Below are positions 20,337 to 30,341 of a stretch of 64,000 nucleotides of DNA, piece after piece. Source of the DNA: a bacterium. GTDB lineage: Bacteria; Bacteroidota; Ignavibacteria; UBA10030. Numbering within the stretch: the first letter of the stretch is position 1; the number at the start of each line of letters is the position of its first letter. Below the pieces are notes generated by a model. It was not told the DNA's origin. It saw nothing but the letters and a program-made list of their open reading frames with translations, and made no database searches. A program made the translations under genes and the position numbers. Where the stretch lies: assembly GCA_043803945.1 (NCBI GenBank), contig JAZDJN010000016.1, positions 64,001-128,000 on the forward strand, in the 5' to 3' direction.

Positions 20337-21674
20337 TCAATCATACAACTTCATCAATTCTGCATTATGGAAATAGTGCTTAACGATTTTCTCGGCTTCG
20401 TACCCGCGTGCTGCCATCACCGCAGCACCAATCTGGCAAAGACCGACTCCATGGCCCCATCCGGCACCGTGAAGAATAAATTTCAGAGGAGTACCGGTTG
20501 AATTCTTTTCCATGGTCACCACAAACGCCGAGCTATAGAGGTGGCTTTGTGAGAGCCACCGGCGGATTTCCAGTTCCTTTCCGACCACCAGCGTTCGGTT
20601 GGTACCCTCGATGCGTAGAGCATAAATTCTTCCGGAAGGCCCGCGTCGGACAGGAACAAGATTCAGGATGGTACCAAAATCGATTCCCGATTTCTTCCGA
20701 AGCATTTCTCGCAGCTCTTCCTGGGAATATTCGACCCTCCAGCGAAAGAAGTCTGATGTCTCCTGGTCAAATGAGGGAAGAACCTGCCGGAGGATCTCGC
20801 CGTCCGTCGTATTACAGAATGCCTCCGGAGAAGTACGAATCCAACGATCAGCTTCCTCTTCGGAGGCTATTGGTTTGTGAGGATTGACTGAATCCGAAAT
20901 AGAATGAAGATACGAAACAGGAGTATCTTCCCAGACATGTTCAAACTGTTCTGTCATCCCGCCGCACGCTTTATAGAATCGTGCATCGCATACCTTCCCC
21001 TCGTGCACAAGAAACAGTCCCCGCGTCGCCTCAACTGCATTTTCTGCCGCGCTCGAAATGATCTTCGTCACTCCCTGATACCGCTGACAATGGTCGTCGG
21101 CACAGACATCGAAGAGTGAGTGATCTTCGCGGTCATACCATCGGACAAGCTCAGAGTCCGTTTGAAATGAACGCTGCGGGAGTGCTCCGCCATGCTTCGC
21201 CAACCGTTCCTTCTCCAGCATCGCAACGAGCCAGCTTCGTGATGTGATGGCGTGAGCCTTGAGCAGTTCCAGGGGTGCTTCCGCGCTCATTTCGGAAGAA
21301 ATCACACTTTTGAGATATTGTTCAAGTCTAACGGTATTGATTGCTGTGAGTAAGTCATCATCACGGAGGAGGAGCTCGAGATCACCTTCGAAAATCTGAT
21401 CTTCTTTACGTTCCCAATGAAAATGGACACCGATCGTGACACTCTGCAGCAGAAATTTTGATCCCCTCGCAGCGATGCAGAGAATGGACTGACCTCGCAT
21501 CACTTCAACCTCTTCATCATCAAGAAGTATCAAGTTTCCCTGTTCCACGATTGCCCGAAAGGAGCCCTGAAGTGTCACAGAATTCGGCAATGTGTATCTG
21601 CCATCGAATCGGCCAGTGACATACGGTTCATGTTCAAAGATTCCGATACGAATGATTGGTTCCTGGTTCAGCAT
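20337..21674 (-). CDS. SpoIID/LytB domain protein
   Basis: LEQYLKSVISSEM...LKAHAITSRS, DVCADDHCQRYQG, GAGWGHGVGLCQIGA. Confidence 0.9.
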   Translation of the reverse strand: MLNQEPIIRIGIFEHEPYVTGRFDGRYTLPNSVTLQGSFRAIVEQGNLILLDDEEVEVMRGQSILCIAARGSKFLLQSVTIGVHFHWERKEDQIFEGDLELLLRDDDLLTAINTVRLEQYLKSVISSEMSAEAPLELLKAHAITSRSWLVAMLEKERLAKHGGALPQRSFQTDSELVRWYDREDHSLFDVCADDHCQRYQGVTKIISSAAENAVEATRGLFLVHEGKVCDARFYKACGGMTEQFEHVWEDTPVSYLHSISDSVNPHKPIASEEEADRWIRTSPEAFCNTTDGEILRQVLPSFDQETSDFFRWRVEYSQEELREMLRKKSGIDFGTILNLVPVRRGPSGRIYALRIEGTNRTLVVGKELEIRRWLSQSHLYSSAFVVTMEKNSTGTPLKFILHGAGWGHGVGLCQIGAAVMAARGYEAEKIVKHYFHNAELMKLYD

Positions 21675-21681
21675 TGGTCTC

Positions 21682-22704
21682 TCATCTACGAATTCGTTGG
21701 ACAACCTGATCAAGTGTTTCCCGCCTGATGCTTACCTCCTCAAAGATGGAAAGAAGCATTGCTTTATCGACACTCTCAAAATCTTTTTCGCGGGGTGTGA
21801 CCACCAGCCCGCCGATATCAACTGCTGCAGGACTGATGAGAATATTTTCCTGCTCTCCTTTAAAATAAATATCGGGACGATGCTTTGTCCGGGGAATGAT
21901 GATGACACGCCAGCGTTGATCTGCGTAGGAGCAGATAAGATTCATCAAGGGTTCTTCCGTCACACCTGTCACGAAGCGAAGCGCGTCAACAATTCTTTTT
22001 AGCATGGCTTCGAGAAGGACAGGGTCTGACGATTCGACGGCAAGAATTTGTCGGTGATATTTTTTCAATGTCACAACCGTGATGGTGTCGGAAGCAAATA
22101 AGAGTTCACGTCCCTCGGCTGCGAGGATATCCCGTTCGAGCGGGATTGATCCCGACGGATTTGCCTGGAAGTGCATGTGATCTGGCGCGGAAGCTCCGCA
22201 CTTAGGTCCATTATAGAATAGGGAACAGAGCGGGCTCAATTCTTTTGCAAGCTGCAGGAATGAAGTGAAATGCGATTTAATAGTCTGCGGAGTATGGTTG
22301 ATATGCGAAATGGTGTAATGCCTCTGAAAAATTGGCGCCGGATTACATAACAGGAGGAAGGTCCCGTTGTAAAGAATCCCCTTCTGTTCAGGAGGCAGAT
22401 GGGGAACACAGAGAAAGCATCGTCGCTGGCTGATGGTTTTGGCATCGACCTTCGCACTCGTGCTGACAATTCTTCCAGGATTGAACTGGAGGAAGACCGA
22501 ATAGTATCCGCATGGAAACTCTCTGAGTTTTATTGAAGAGAGCGATGCATAACCCGAGATGAGCTGCGGCCACGTCTGTTGCTGCTGGGCGAGCAAGAGC
22601 AACGCCAGCTCTGTCAGCGATGGTCCAGGTGAATACGAAGTATATTGTGCAAATACCTTCTCTGCGCTTACGGGCAAGATGCCGGGCTGATTCTCTTGTG
22701 TCAT
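21682..22704 (-). CDS. DUF4922 protein (HIT-like nucleotidyltransferase/phosphorylase)
   Basis: QFNPGRIVS, RRCFLC, FYNGPKCGASAPDHMHFQ. Confidence 0.8.
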   Translation of the reverse strand: MTQENQPGILPVSAEKVFAQYTSYSPGPSLTELALLLLAQQQQTWPQLISGYASLSSIKLREFPCGYYSVFLQFNPGRIVSTSAKVDAKTISQRRCFLCVPHLPPEQKGILYNGTFLLLCNPAPIFQRHYTISHINHTPQTIKSHFTSFLQLAKELSPLCSLFYNGPKCGASAPDHMHFQANPSGSIPLERDILAAEGRELLFASDTITVVTLKKYHRQILAVESSDPVLLEAMLKRIVDALRFVTGVTEEPLMNLICSYADQRWRVIIIPRTKHRPDIYFKGEQENILISPAAVDIGGLVVTPREKDFESVDKAMLLSIFEEVSIRRETLDQVVQRIRR

Positions 22705-22709
22705 CCGTA

Positions 22710-23228
22710 TTACTTCGATTCGAGCAGCTTCTCCACCGGCACATATCCGATATGATGCCCGACGGTGGAATTGCCCATGGTGAACGGTTCAATCCGGGTG
22801 GAGACATAGCCCATCTTTTTGTACCAATCGAGCGCCTGGGTATTCTGCACCATAACACCTACCCAAATTTTATTGAGATTGAATTTCTTTGCCTCTCCGG
22901 CAGCCACTTTCATAAATTCAATTCCCAATCCCATCGATTGGTAATCCGGCAGGACATAGAGAGAGGAAACGTAGTAGCGATTCTCTTCGGAGTCATGGAT
23001 AGTCCGCATAAATCCGACTACCTTCCCCTCCACCTCTGCCACAAAACCATCCACGGTAGGATTGTTGAATAACTTCTTCACCGAATCCAGATCGTAGTGC
23101 TCGGAAAAATATGACTTGAGATCCGTTTCGGGGATAAACGACGAATAGGATTTTACCCAGGTCATCCAGAGTACATCCTGAATGGTTGTAAGATCGTTTA
23201 GCGTCCATCGACGAACACGTTGTGCCAT
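22710..23228 (-). CDS. GNAT N-acetyltransferase
   Basis: LYVLPDYQSMGLG motif A; NTQALDWYKKMGY. Confidence 0.85.
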   Translation of the reverse strand: MAQRVRRWTLNDLTTIQDVLWMTWVKSYSSFIPETDLKSYFSEHYDLDSVKKLFNNPTVDGFVAEVEGKVVGFMRTIHDSEENRYYVSSLYVLPDYQSMGLGIEFMKVAAGEAKKFNLNKIWVGVMVQNTQALDWYKKMGYVSTRIEPFTMGNSTVGHHIGYVPVEKLLESK

Positions 23229-23229
23229 G

Positions 23230-24702
23230 CTAGACTCCTTGTCGATTCAATTGTTGACGTGCGTACATCTCGATTGTTCGAATTTTATCCTTATAAAAAT
23301 CATTTCGATTAATTTTCTCTATTGGAAGTGCAGCGTCGGTATTCCCCTCCCAACGGCGGCAGAGATAGACCGGTTCGTAGATTCGGCCGATTTGATATTC
23401 ACGGGAGAGCCGGAGAGCAACGGCATAATCTTCTCCATAGCTGACATTTGGCAGGAGAATGGTCCTGAGCAGAGCGGTATTGAATGCCCGTGGTGCACCC
23501 AGGCCGTTGATACGGAGTGCATTGTTCCGGCCATTGTCCGGCGTCCATTCTTTATGATCGATGATACCCGGCGGAATCTCTTCGAGCTTGATATTCACAA
23601 GCCTGTAAGAACCAATCACCATCGCATATTCTCCACTCCGGAAAGCGTTGAGAATTTTCTGGAGTGTATCGGGGCCGCTGTAAATATCATCGGAGTCCAA
23701 CTGGACCGCAAATTTTCCACAATGGCCGGAGAGTACAGCCTCATTCCAGCATCCGCCGATACCAAGATCCTGTCGAGAAGGAATGAGATGCTTGACGATT
23801 GGATTCTTCGCCGCAAGCTCCCGGAGAATTCCGGGTGTACCATCTGTCGAATGGTTGTCGACAACCAGAATATTAAAGGACGCATCCAATTGTTGGGTGA
23901 GAATGCTCTGAACGGCATCCGCTACAGTCTTCTCCCGATTCCGAACCGGGATGATGACGCTGACCTCAATAGGAAACGATGTTGTGCTGACAGGTACGTT
24001 TTTAAACTCCGGTTTCAGGTAGACACTGCAATTCTTCAGGTGTTGTGTGGCAACAACTTCCATCTCTTTCTGCAGGGCCTGATTGCGAGGATCGACATAA
24101 TCAAATAATTTCTCACCCGAGATTCGCAGGTCGGATTCAACCTTGGTGTAAAGATATTCCTGGATGTGGAAGAGAGAATGATCAAGCGTAACTTTGAGGC
24201 GAAGATCATAGAGACCGGCAAACTGAACCTTAGTGATGGCACCGTACCGTTCAAGCGAACGCCGGATGGCAGGCATTGAATAACAGAGCATCGATCCAAA
24301 ATCGAAGTTATCCCGGATACTGCCAAACTGGTAGTCATTCACCGGGTGTTCTGAGCGGACTCCATTCTTGATCTCATAGTAATCTGCATAGCACATACCT
24401 GCCCCGGTCTGCGCAAGGACATCGCTGATGCGTTCCAGAGCCGCCTGTCCGAGTTGAATTTCATGAGGCTGTGTCACAAGCAACAGATACTCTGTCTTGC
24501 ATCGTGCAATAATTTCATTGACAACTGCTTCGGAGCTTATCGATGTCGAATGCACGCCTTCGCATTTTGGATGTTGACCTGTCTCTTGACCCGAGTGTAG
24601 GATTAAAACCTTTTCCACGAGCTCCGATTGTGTAAACTGTTTGACGGTCTCTGCAAAGTGAGGATGTGTTGAAAATGGCAGTGAGACGGTAATGTTGTTC
24701 AT
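23230..24702 (-). CDS. Family 2 glycosyltransferase
   Basis: [31 protein letters not shown]. Start 24702 overlaps the upstream stop (ATGA). Confidence 0.88.
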   Translation of the reverse strand: MNNITVSLPFSTHPHFAETVKQFTQSELVEKVLILHSGQETGQHPKCEGVHSTSISSEAVVNEIIARCKTEYLLLVTQPHEIQLGQAALERISDVLAQTGAGMCYADYYEIKNGVRSEHPVNDYQFGSIRDNFDFGSMLCYSMPAIRRSLERYGAITKVQFAGLYDLRLKVTLDHSLFHIQEYLYTKVESDLRISGEKLFDYVDPRNQALQKEMEVVATQHLKNCSVYLKPEFKNVPVSTTSFPIEVSVIIPVRNREKTVADAVQSILTQQLDASFNILVVDNHSTDGTPGILRELAAKNPIVKHLIPSRQDLGIGGCWNEAVLSGHCGKFAVQLDSDDIYSGPDTLQKILNAFRSGEYAMVIGSYRLVNIKLEEIPPGIIDHKEWTPDNGRNNALRINGLGAPRAFNTALLRTILLPNVSYGEDYAVALRLSREYQIGRIYEPVYLCRRWEGNTDAALPIEKINRNDFYKDKIRTIEMYARQQLNRQGV

Positions 24703-25643
24703 GATCTCTTTCCAAGATTTTGCATTGCAAGCAACACTGCCCCGTACACCGGTGGAGTCTGTGGTTTGATTATTGAAACCTGAGGAAAACTGGTTGTGAT
24801 ACAATTGAAGAGAATAGTCGAAAGCAAATTATCGGTACTGGCAACACTGCCGATGAAAGCGAGCGAAACGGGAGAAGCACTCCCTGCTTTTCCCTGAACC
24901 GTGGTCAGTAATGCACGCACATGTTCTGTAAGGTCAGAGACAGCGTTATTCAGGATACGTGCTGCGATGACATCGTGTTGTTCAGCCGCTTTAATAACGA
25001 GAGGGGCGATGGAGGCGATATCGAAGAAATCACGATAGACCGCATGAATAATCGATACCTGATCCGAGAGTTTGAATTTTCTGGACACCATACCGGTTAA
25101 TATTGTTGATGCGCCGCGCCCATCGAGATGTTTTGTCACTGCATTCAAAGCTTCGCGGCCAAGGGTGTATCCACTTCCCTCGTCACCAAGGATTCTCCCC
25201 CACCCTCCTGTACGATGGATGGTTCCTTTTCCATCTTTCCCAAAAGCAATTGAGCCGGTTCCGGCAATTAATATGATCCCCGGATTACCCTTGAAGGCTC
25301 CTTCGAGAGCGATACGAGCGTCACTTTCGATAGCAACGTTTTTCAGTGAGATCCCGGATTTTCGAAGTTCCTTAAGAAATCCTTTTCTCATCCGTTCCTC
25401 ATCCACATCGCGGCCGGCACCGGTCAATCCGGCCACCACACTGCGAATGTCTTTGATTTCACAGCGCTCTTGCTTCGCACAGCGCAGTATAAGGTTGACA
25501 AGAACCTGGGCTGCTTTTTCGACTCCAATGATCTGGAAGTTTGATGGACCCAGAGTCTCTGCCGCCAAAACAGTCCCATGCTCGTCGGACAGTGCGGCAA
25601 TCGTTTTAGTACCGCCGCCATCCATCCCTATGACGTACTTCAT
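24699..25643 (-). CDS. BadF/BadG/BcrA/BcrD-family GlcNAc/MurNAc kinase (MurK-like)
   Basis: [33 protein letters not shown]. Confidence 0.88.
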   Translation of the reverse strand: MKYVIGMDGGGTKTIAALSDEHGTVLAAETLGPSNFQIIGVEKAAQVLVNLILRCAKQERCEIKDIRSVVAGLTGAGRDVDEERMRKGFLKELRKSGISLKNVAIESDARIALEGAFKGNPGIILIAGTGSIAFGKDGKGTIHRTGGWGRILGDEGSGYTLGREALNAVTKHLDGRGASTILTGMVSRKFKLSDQVSIIHAVYRDFFDIASIAPLVIKAAEQHDVIAARILNNAVSDLTEHVRALLTTVQGKAGSASPVSLAFIGSVASTDNLLSTILFNCITTSFPQVSIIKPQTPPVYGAVLLAMQNLGKRS

Positions 25644-25818
25644 GTTTTCTCCAAATTTAACCCCGATGAAAGTAGGCAGATTTGGAGGGAAAAGCAAGAA
25701 TATCACCAGGAACATTGGGAGAGAATTTGGCAATAAATCATTTTGTGCTTAGGGATTTTTTATTTACTTTGCGTCGCAAAAAAATATCAAGTCATCCCAA
25801 TTATTCACCGGAGTTAGA

Positions 25819-26304
25819 ATGAATCCCTATCGTTTGCTTGCTGCATTTGTCCTAGCGTTTCTCATCATCACAACCGTTTTTTCCCAATCAAATCCAAAAG
25901 CAAAAGACTTCGCCTTAAAAGATCAGGATGGAAAAGTCATTAAGCTATCAGATTACAAAAGCAAAGTAGTTATCGTAAATTTTTGGGCAACATGGTGCGG
26001 GCCCTGCATCAAGGAAATCCCCGACTTCGTCAATGCCTATCAAAAATATAAAGCAAAAGGAGTAGAAATAATCGGTGTCGCCACGGACAAAGAGGGTTGG
26101 ACGGTGGTAAAATCCTTCGTCAAGAAAAATAAAATCATCTACCCTATCGTACTCACAACTGCTCAATATGCTGCTGAATACGATAATATCACAGGTATAC
26201 CCACAACCTATTTTATCGATAAACAGGGGAATGTTGCCAATAAAAAAGTAGGCTCACTGTCGATGGAAGAGCTGGAGAAATTGATTTATCCTTTGCTGAA
26301 GTAA
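25819..26304 (+). CDS. TlpA/ResA-like thiol-disulfide oxidoreductase
   Basis: Signal peptide; NFWATWCGPC; GIPTTYFIDK. Confidence 0.92.
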   Translation: MNPYRLLAAFVLAFLIITTVFSQSNPKAKDFALKDQDGKVIKLSDYKSKVVIVNFWATWCGPCIKEIPDFVNAYQKYKAKGVEIIGVATDKEGWTVVKSFVKKNKIIYPIVLTTAQYAAEYDNITGIPTTYFIDKQGNVANKKVGSLSMEELEKLIYPLLK

Positions 26305-26320
26305 TCATCCAGTCTAATTC

Positions 26321-28132
26321 TTGATCAAGACATTCAAAAATCGTATAAAGCTCTTACCACTGGCAGTGCTTTTATCTTTGCCCTTGGTACCAGGTATGCT
26401 TCTGGCTCAAGGAACCACTGAGTCAGTACTTGCTGTCGATTCCAAGCTTTCGGTTGAGAATATACCGGTGGGAGCGGAATTCAATGTGGTTATCATACTC
26501 AAGGTTGCCAAGGAATTCCACATCAACTCGCATACTCCCACCTATGATTACCTGATTCCGACCGGACTGGAGCTTGAGCAGAAAAAAAATATCATTCTCG
26601 TCGATCTTACCTATCCGAAGGGTAACACCGTCCAATTCGAATTTGCCGAAAAACCTCTCGATGTGTATGAAGAAACAGTGACGATATTTCTCACCTTGAA
26701 ATTATCGGCTAATGCGAAACCTGGAATGGATACCCTCAGGGCAACCGTATTAGCTCAGGCTTGCAACGATCAGACTTGCCTTCCTCCCGGCACCATAAAC
26801 GCAGCAATTCCTCTTACGATCGTCGATAAAAAAGAAAAGCCTGCACTCATTAATAAGGAGCTGTTTCGGAATTATGAATCGATGGGAAGCGCCTCCGGTG
26901 GAGCATCACCAAGAGGCCCCTCCAATGAGATAGCGAAACTTTTCGATGAGCAGGGCAGCTTCGCCGCTTTTATCGCGATCTTCCTTATCGGCCTTGCATT
27001 GAATTTGACACCATGTGTTTATCCCATGCTCTCCGTTACTGTCTCGTTGTTTGGCAGTCAAACCGAAACGAACTACGCCAGGGTTTTTCTCAAAGCAGTG
27101 GCGTACGTTCTCGGTATTATTTCGATGTACACCACATTGGGAGTCACAGCGGCGCTGAGCGGTTCACTGTTTGGAAGCTGGCTGCAAAGTCCATGGGTAC
27201 TCGGTGGAATTGGAATACTTCTCATCGGATTATCATTGAGCAGCCTTGGTGTATATCGAATCCAATTGCCGTACTGGCTCACGAGCAGATTGGGTGGAAC
27301 CACTGGAACCGGATCGCTCAGCCTGTTCATCTCAGGCCTTGTCGTTGGAGTCTTTGCCGCACCTTGCATCGGGCCTCCAGTCATCGCCCTTCTTACATTT
27401 GTCGGATCGAGAGCGGATATCGTCCTGGGCTTCTGGATTTTTCTCACACTCTCTCTGGGACTTAGCCTACCCTATCTCATCCTTGGTACATTCTCCAACC
27501 TGATAAAAAAAATCCCCCGCTCCGGTGGATGGCTGATCTGGGTTGAGCGGTTATTTGGTGTAATTCTCAGTGCTGCCGGCATTTTTTATTTTGCACTCGC
27601 ATTCGCTCCTTCAATCTCTTCCACTATTATTCCGTTGGTCTTCATCATCGGTGGAATTTACCTGGGATTTTTTGAGAAATCGGGCCAGGAGAAGAAACGG
27701 TTGACGTTCTTCAAGTGGGCTTTTGGAATTATTGCGATCCTCTTTGGCTTATACCTCGGTGCAGGACTTTTGCGTCCGGGAATGCAGTGGGAAGCCTTCA
27801 GTGATGAGAAGATTGCAGAAGCTCGATCGAGCAAACAACCTGTGATGATGGACTTCTATGCGGATTGGTGCCTGCCCTGCAAGGAATTGGAGCTTAACAC
27901 ATTCAAGGATTCATCCGTCATTGCAATGACACAGGGCATCAAACGATTGAAGGTTAATCTCACGCTCTTCGACTCGCCCGAGGCAGAGGCACTTCGGAAG
28001 AAATATTCGATCGCCGGTGTACCGACAATCCTTTTCCTGGGGCCTGAGGGATTGGAAGTACCAGGATCGAGGGTCGTTGGATTCCTGCCACCGAATAAAT
28101 TTAACGAGAAAATTAAGCTCGTAACAAAGTAA
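26321..28132 (+). CDS. dsbD: DsbD-like thiol:disulfide interchange protein
   Basis: QACNDQTCLPP (N domain), LTPCVYPM and APCIGP (membrane domain), FYADWCLPC (thioredoxin domain). Confidence 0.9.
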   Translation: MIKTFKNRIKLLPLAVLLSLPLVPGMLLAQGTTESVLAVDSKLSVENIPVGAEFNVVIILKVAKEFHINSHTPTYDYLIPTGLELEQKKNIILVDLTYPKGNTVQFEFAEKPLDVYEETVTIFLTLKLSANAKPGMDTLRATVLAQACNDQTCLPPGTINAAIPLTIVDKKEKPALINKELFRNYESMGSASGGASPRGPSNEIAKLFDEQGSFAAFIAIFLIGLALNLTPCVYPMLSVTVSLFGSQTETNYARVFLKAVAYVLGIISMYTTLGVTAALSGSLFGSWLQSPWVLGGIGILLIGLSLSSLGVYRIQLPYWLTSRLGGTTGTGSLSLFISGLVVGVFAAPCIGPPVIALLTFVGSRADIVLGFWIFLTLSLGLSLPYLILGTFSNLIKKIPRSGGWLIWVERLFGVILSAAGIFYFALAFAPSISSTIIPLVFIIGGIYLGFFEKSGQEKKRLTFFKWAFGIIAILFGLYLGAGLLRPGMQWEAFSDEKIAEARSSKQPVMMDFYADWCLPCKELELNTFKDSSVIAMTQGIKRLKVNLTLFDSPEAEALRKKYSIAGVPTILFLGPEGLEVPGSRVVGFLPPNKFNEKIKLVTK

Positions 28133-28159
28133 CAAAAGTCATTTCCGAGATTTTTTCTT

Positions 28160-28384
28160 TCATTCAAATCGTTTTTTGATGAAGTACATCAACGTTATAT
28201 CCCATCGAAATCGATCATCCTTATCAATGGGTCCGAAGCGACAGAGTATTGGAAGAGAGTCCATCCATTTTTTGTCAACCTGCAGCCTATCGATGGTAAG
28301 CCTACGGCCTTTGTCTGTGAAAATTACACCTGTCACTTGCCTGCGAATGATCACAAGGTTTTCTCTCGATTGCTCGATTCCTGA
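28160..28384 (+). pseudogene. Orphan C-terminal fragment of a YyaL/SSP411-like protein
   Basis: Start-less frame ...FDEVHQRYIPSKSIILIN...LQPIDGKPTAFVCENYTCHLPA...*; not in the ORF track. Confidence 0.7.
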
Positions 28385-28443
28385 AATTCCATTCTATTCA
28401 TTTGATATTCGGGAGCGGAGCTCCCTTAAAACATTTATTTAGT

Positions 28444-28469
28444 TGCGAGTGAGTTCTACTCACGAGCAT
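28444..28469. repeat. REP-like hairpin (second copy at 31722-31747)
   Basis: tgcgagtgagttctactcacgagcat versus tgcgagtgagttccactcacgagcat (one mismatch). Confidence 0.8.
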
Positions 28470-28686
28470 TCGAGGGTGTTATAGCAATTCAAACTGATGG
28501 CTCTCCAGGCATTACCGATCTGATGGTTTTAGAAGACCGGTCCGCTTAGTTGTTAAGTGGAATTCCCACATCGTGAATCCCGTCCATTTATTTTTCACTT
28601 TATCACACAACACTTGAATTACCATTGAGAGAGTCGTACTTTGGATACAGGAAATTCATGTCCTACCTTGAACGAAAGGTACTCCT

Positions 28687-29910
28687 ATGAAAATATTTTA
28701 TGCTCTTCTCTGCATAGTGCTTTTTTCCCTCGGTGGTTGTTTGGTGCTCACCTCACCGGATAACGGGGAACCTTCTCCCTTACGCCCTCTCACTGCATCA
28801 GAGCGAGCCATCGTGTATGCGGACAATTCGTTCTGCTTTAAATTCATGGTAAAATTGAATGCGACAGAGAAGAATAAAAATGTCTTTATCTCGCCTCTCA
28901 GTATTTCCATGGCACTCGGAATGACGCTGAACGGTGCAGCCGGTTCAACAAGAGATTCAATGCAACGGGCACTCGAATTTACCGGGCTCACGCAGCAGGA
29001 GATCAATGAATCCTATAAAAGTCTCATAGCACTGCTCACCACCATGGATGCAACGGTACAACTCCAAATTGCCAATTCCATCTGGCACCGCCCGGAGCTC
29101 TCCGTACTCGAGGATTTTAAAAGCGTGAATAGAATGTATTTCAACGCCGAGGTGAACGCTTTGAATTTCAGCGATCCTTCTGCCTCCAAGACAATCAATG
29201 GATGGGTGGCAAAAAATACGAAAGACCGGATCACCTCCATCGTACCCGATCAACTCCCGAGAGACGCCGTGATGTATCTCATCAATGCGATCTATTTCAA
29301 AGGCACCTGGACATATCAATTCGACCCCGCAAAAACAACCGACGCTCTTTTCACTCGATCGGATGGATCAAAAAAAGACTGCAAACTGATGGTTCAGCAT
29401 GAATCATTCCCCCTTTTATCGAGTGAAACGGTCGATGTCATCGATCTCCCCTACGGAAAATCGGGTTTCAGTATGATGATTGTCCTTCCCAAGCAAGGAA
29501 TACAGATTGATGAGTTCATATCTCAGATGACTCAACAGGATTGGATTGGTTGGTCTAACTCACTGAACAAAACGGAGGTCGATGTCTATTTACCAAAATT
29601 CAAACTCGAGTACGAAAAGGTGCTGAACGACCAACTGAGTCAGATGGGTATGGGAATTGCATTTACACCCTGGGCTAACTTTACGAATATCGACAAGCAG
29701 GGGAATCTGGCAATCAGCGAAGTCAAACATAAATCCTTTATTGAAGTCAACGAGGAAGGAACTGAAGCCGCAGCAGCAACATCTGTTGGAATAATACGAA
29801 CGAGTCTGCGGCCGGTGTTCCGTGTCGACAGGCCATTTATCTTCGCGATTCGGGAGAATAATTCGGGAACAATTCTCTTCTTTGGCAAAATCGTTGACCC
29901 AACGCTATAA
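28687..29910 (+). CDS. Serpin (probable lipoprotein, inhibitory-type hinge)
   Basis: NVFISPLSI, LINAIYFKGTW, hinge EEGTEAAAATS, FRVDRPFIF. Confidence 0.95.
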   Translation: MKIFYALLCIVLFSLGGCLVLTSPDNGEPSPLRPLTASERAIVYADNSFCFKFMVKLNATEKNKNVFISPLSISMALGMTLNGAAGSTRDSMQRALEFTGLTQQEINESYKSLIALLTTMDATVQLQIANSIWHRPELSVLEDFKSVNRMYFNAEVNALNFSDPSASKTINGWVAKNTKDRITSIVPDQLPRDAVMYLINAIYFKGTWTYQFDPAKTTDALFTRSDGSKKDCKLMVQHESFPLLSSETVDVIDLPYGKSGFSMMIVLPKQGIQIDEFISQMTQQDWIGWSNSLNKTEVDVYLPKFKLEYEKVLNDQLSQMGMGIAFTPWANFTNIDKQGNLAISEVKHKSFIEVNEEGTEAAAATSVGIIRTSLRPVFRVDRPFIFAIRENNSGTILFFGKIVDPTL

Positions 29911-30096
29911 GCGCTATCAATGATACCAAGAAGGAAGCTATTTCTAAAACGTTGTCGATAATCCGCGGGCACAGTAAAATCATCGGTGCATGTGAGTGTA
30001 TGAGAATTCTTCTTTTATGTTATCCCTTCGCTTGGTATATTCAGTGTGGAGTTTTTGTACCTCGTGTTCACTCATTGGTAGCTTAGGAGCCAGATC

Positions 30097-30324
30097 ATGC
30101 CAGATAATATTTTAATTGCCGTCTTTGGCGTTATTTCGCTCATCGGATTCGCTATCGGAGGTATCTGTTTTTACTTTGCCATTCAAAATGCAAAGAAGAA
30201 CGGGAATGAAATTACAATGGCCCTCTGGTCATTCGGCGGTCTTGCCGGCATCGTCGTCGCAGGTATGTGTTGGGCCTATTTCCTCATCCCTATCTTGTAC
30301 AATCATATTACTTCAGTAAAATAA
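30097..30324 (+). CDS. Small two-helix membrane protein
   Basis: aggag RBS; two hydrophobic segments. Confidence 0.6.
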   Translation: MPDNILIAVFGVISLIGFAIGGICFYFAIQNAKKNGNEITMALWSFGGLAGIVVAGMCWAYFLIPILYNHITSVK

Positions 30325-30341
30325 CTCTCGGAGTACATTCG

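Noticed and set aside
23182-24108. 308-aa plus-strand ORF
   Set aside because: Antisense shadow of the GT2 gene with no recognisable motifs.
25072-25752. 226-aa plus-strand ORF
   Set aside because: Antisense shadow of the sugar kinase.
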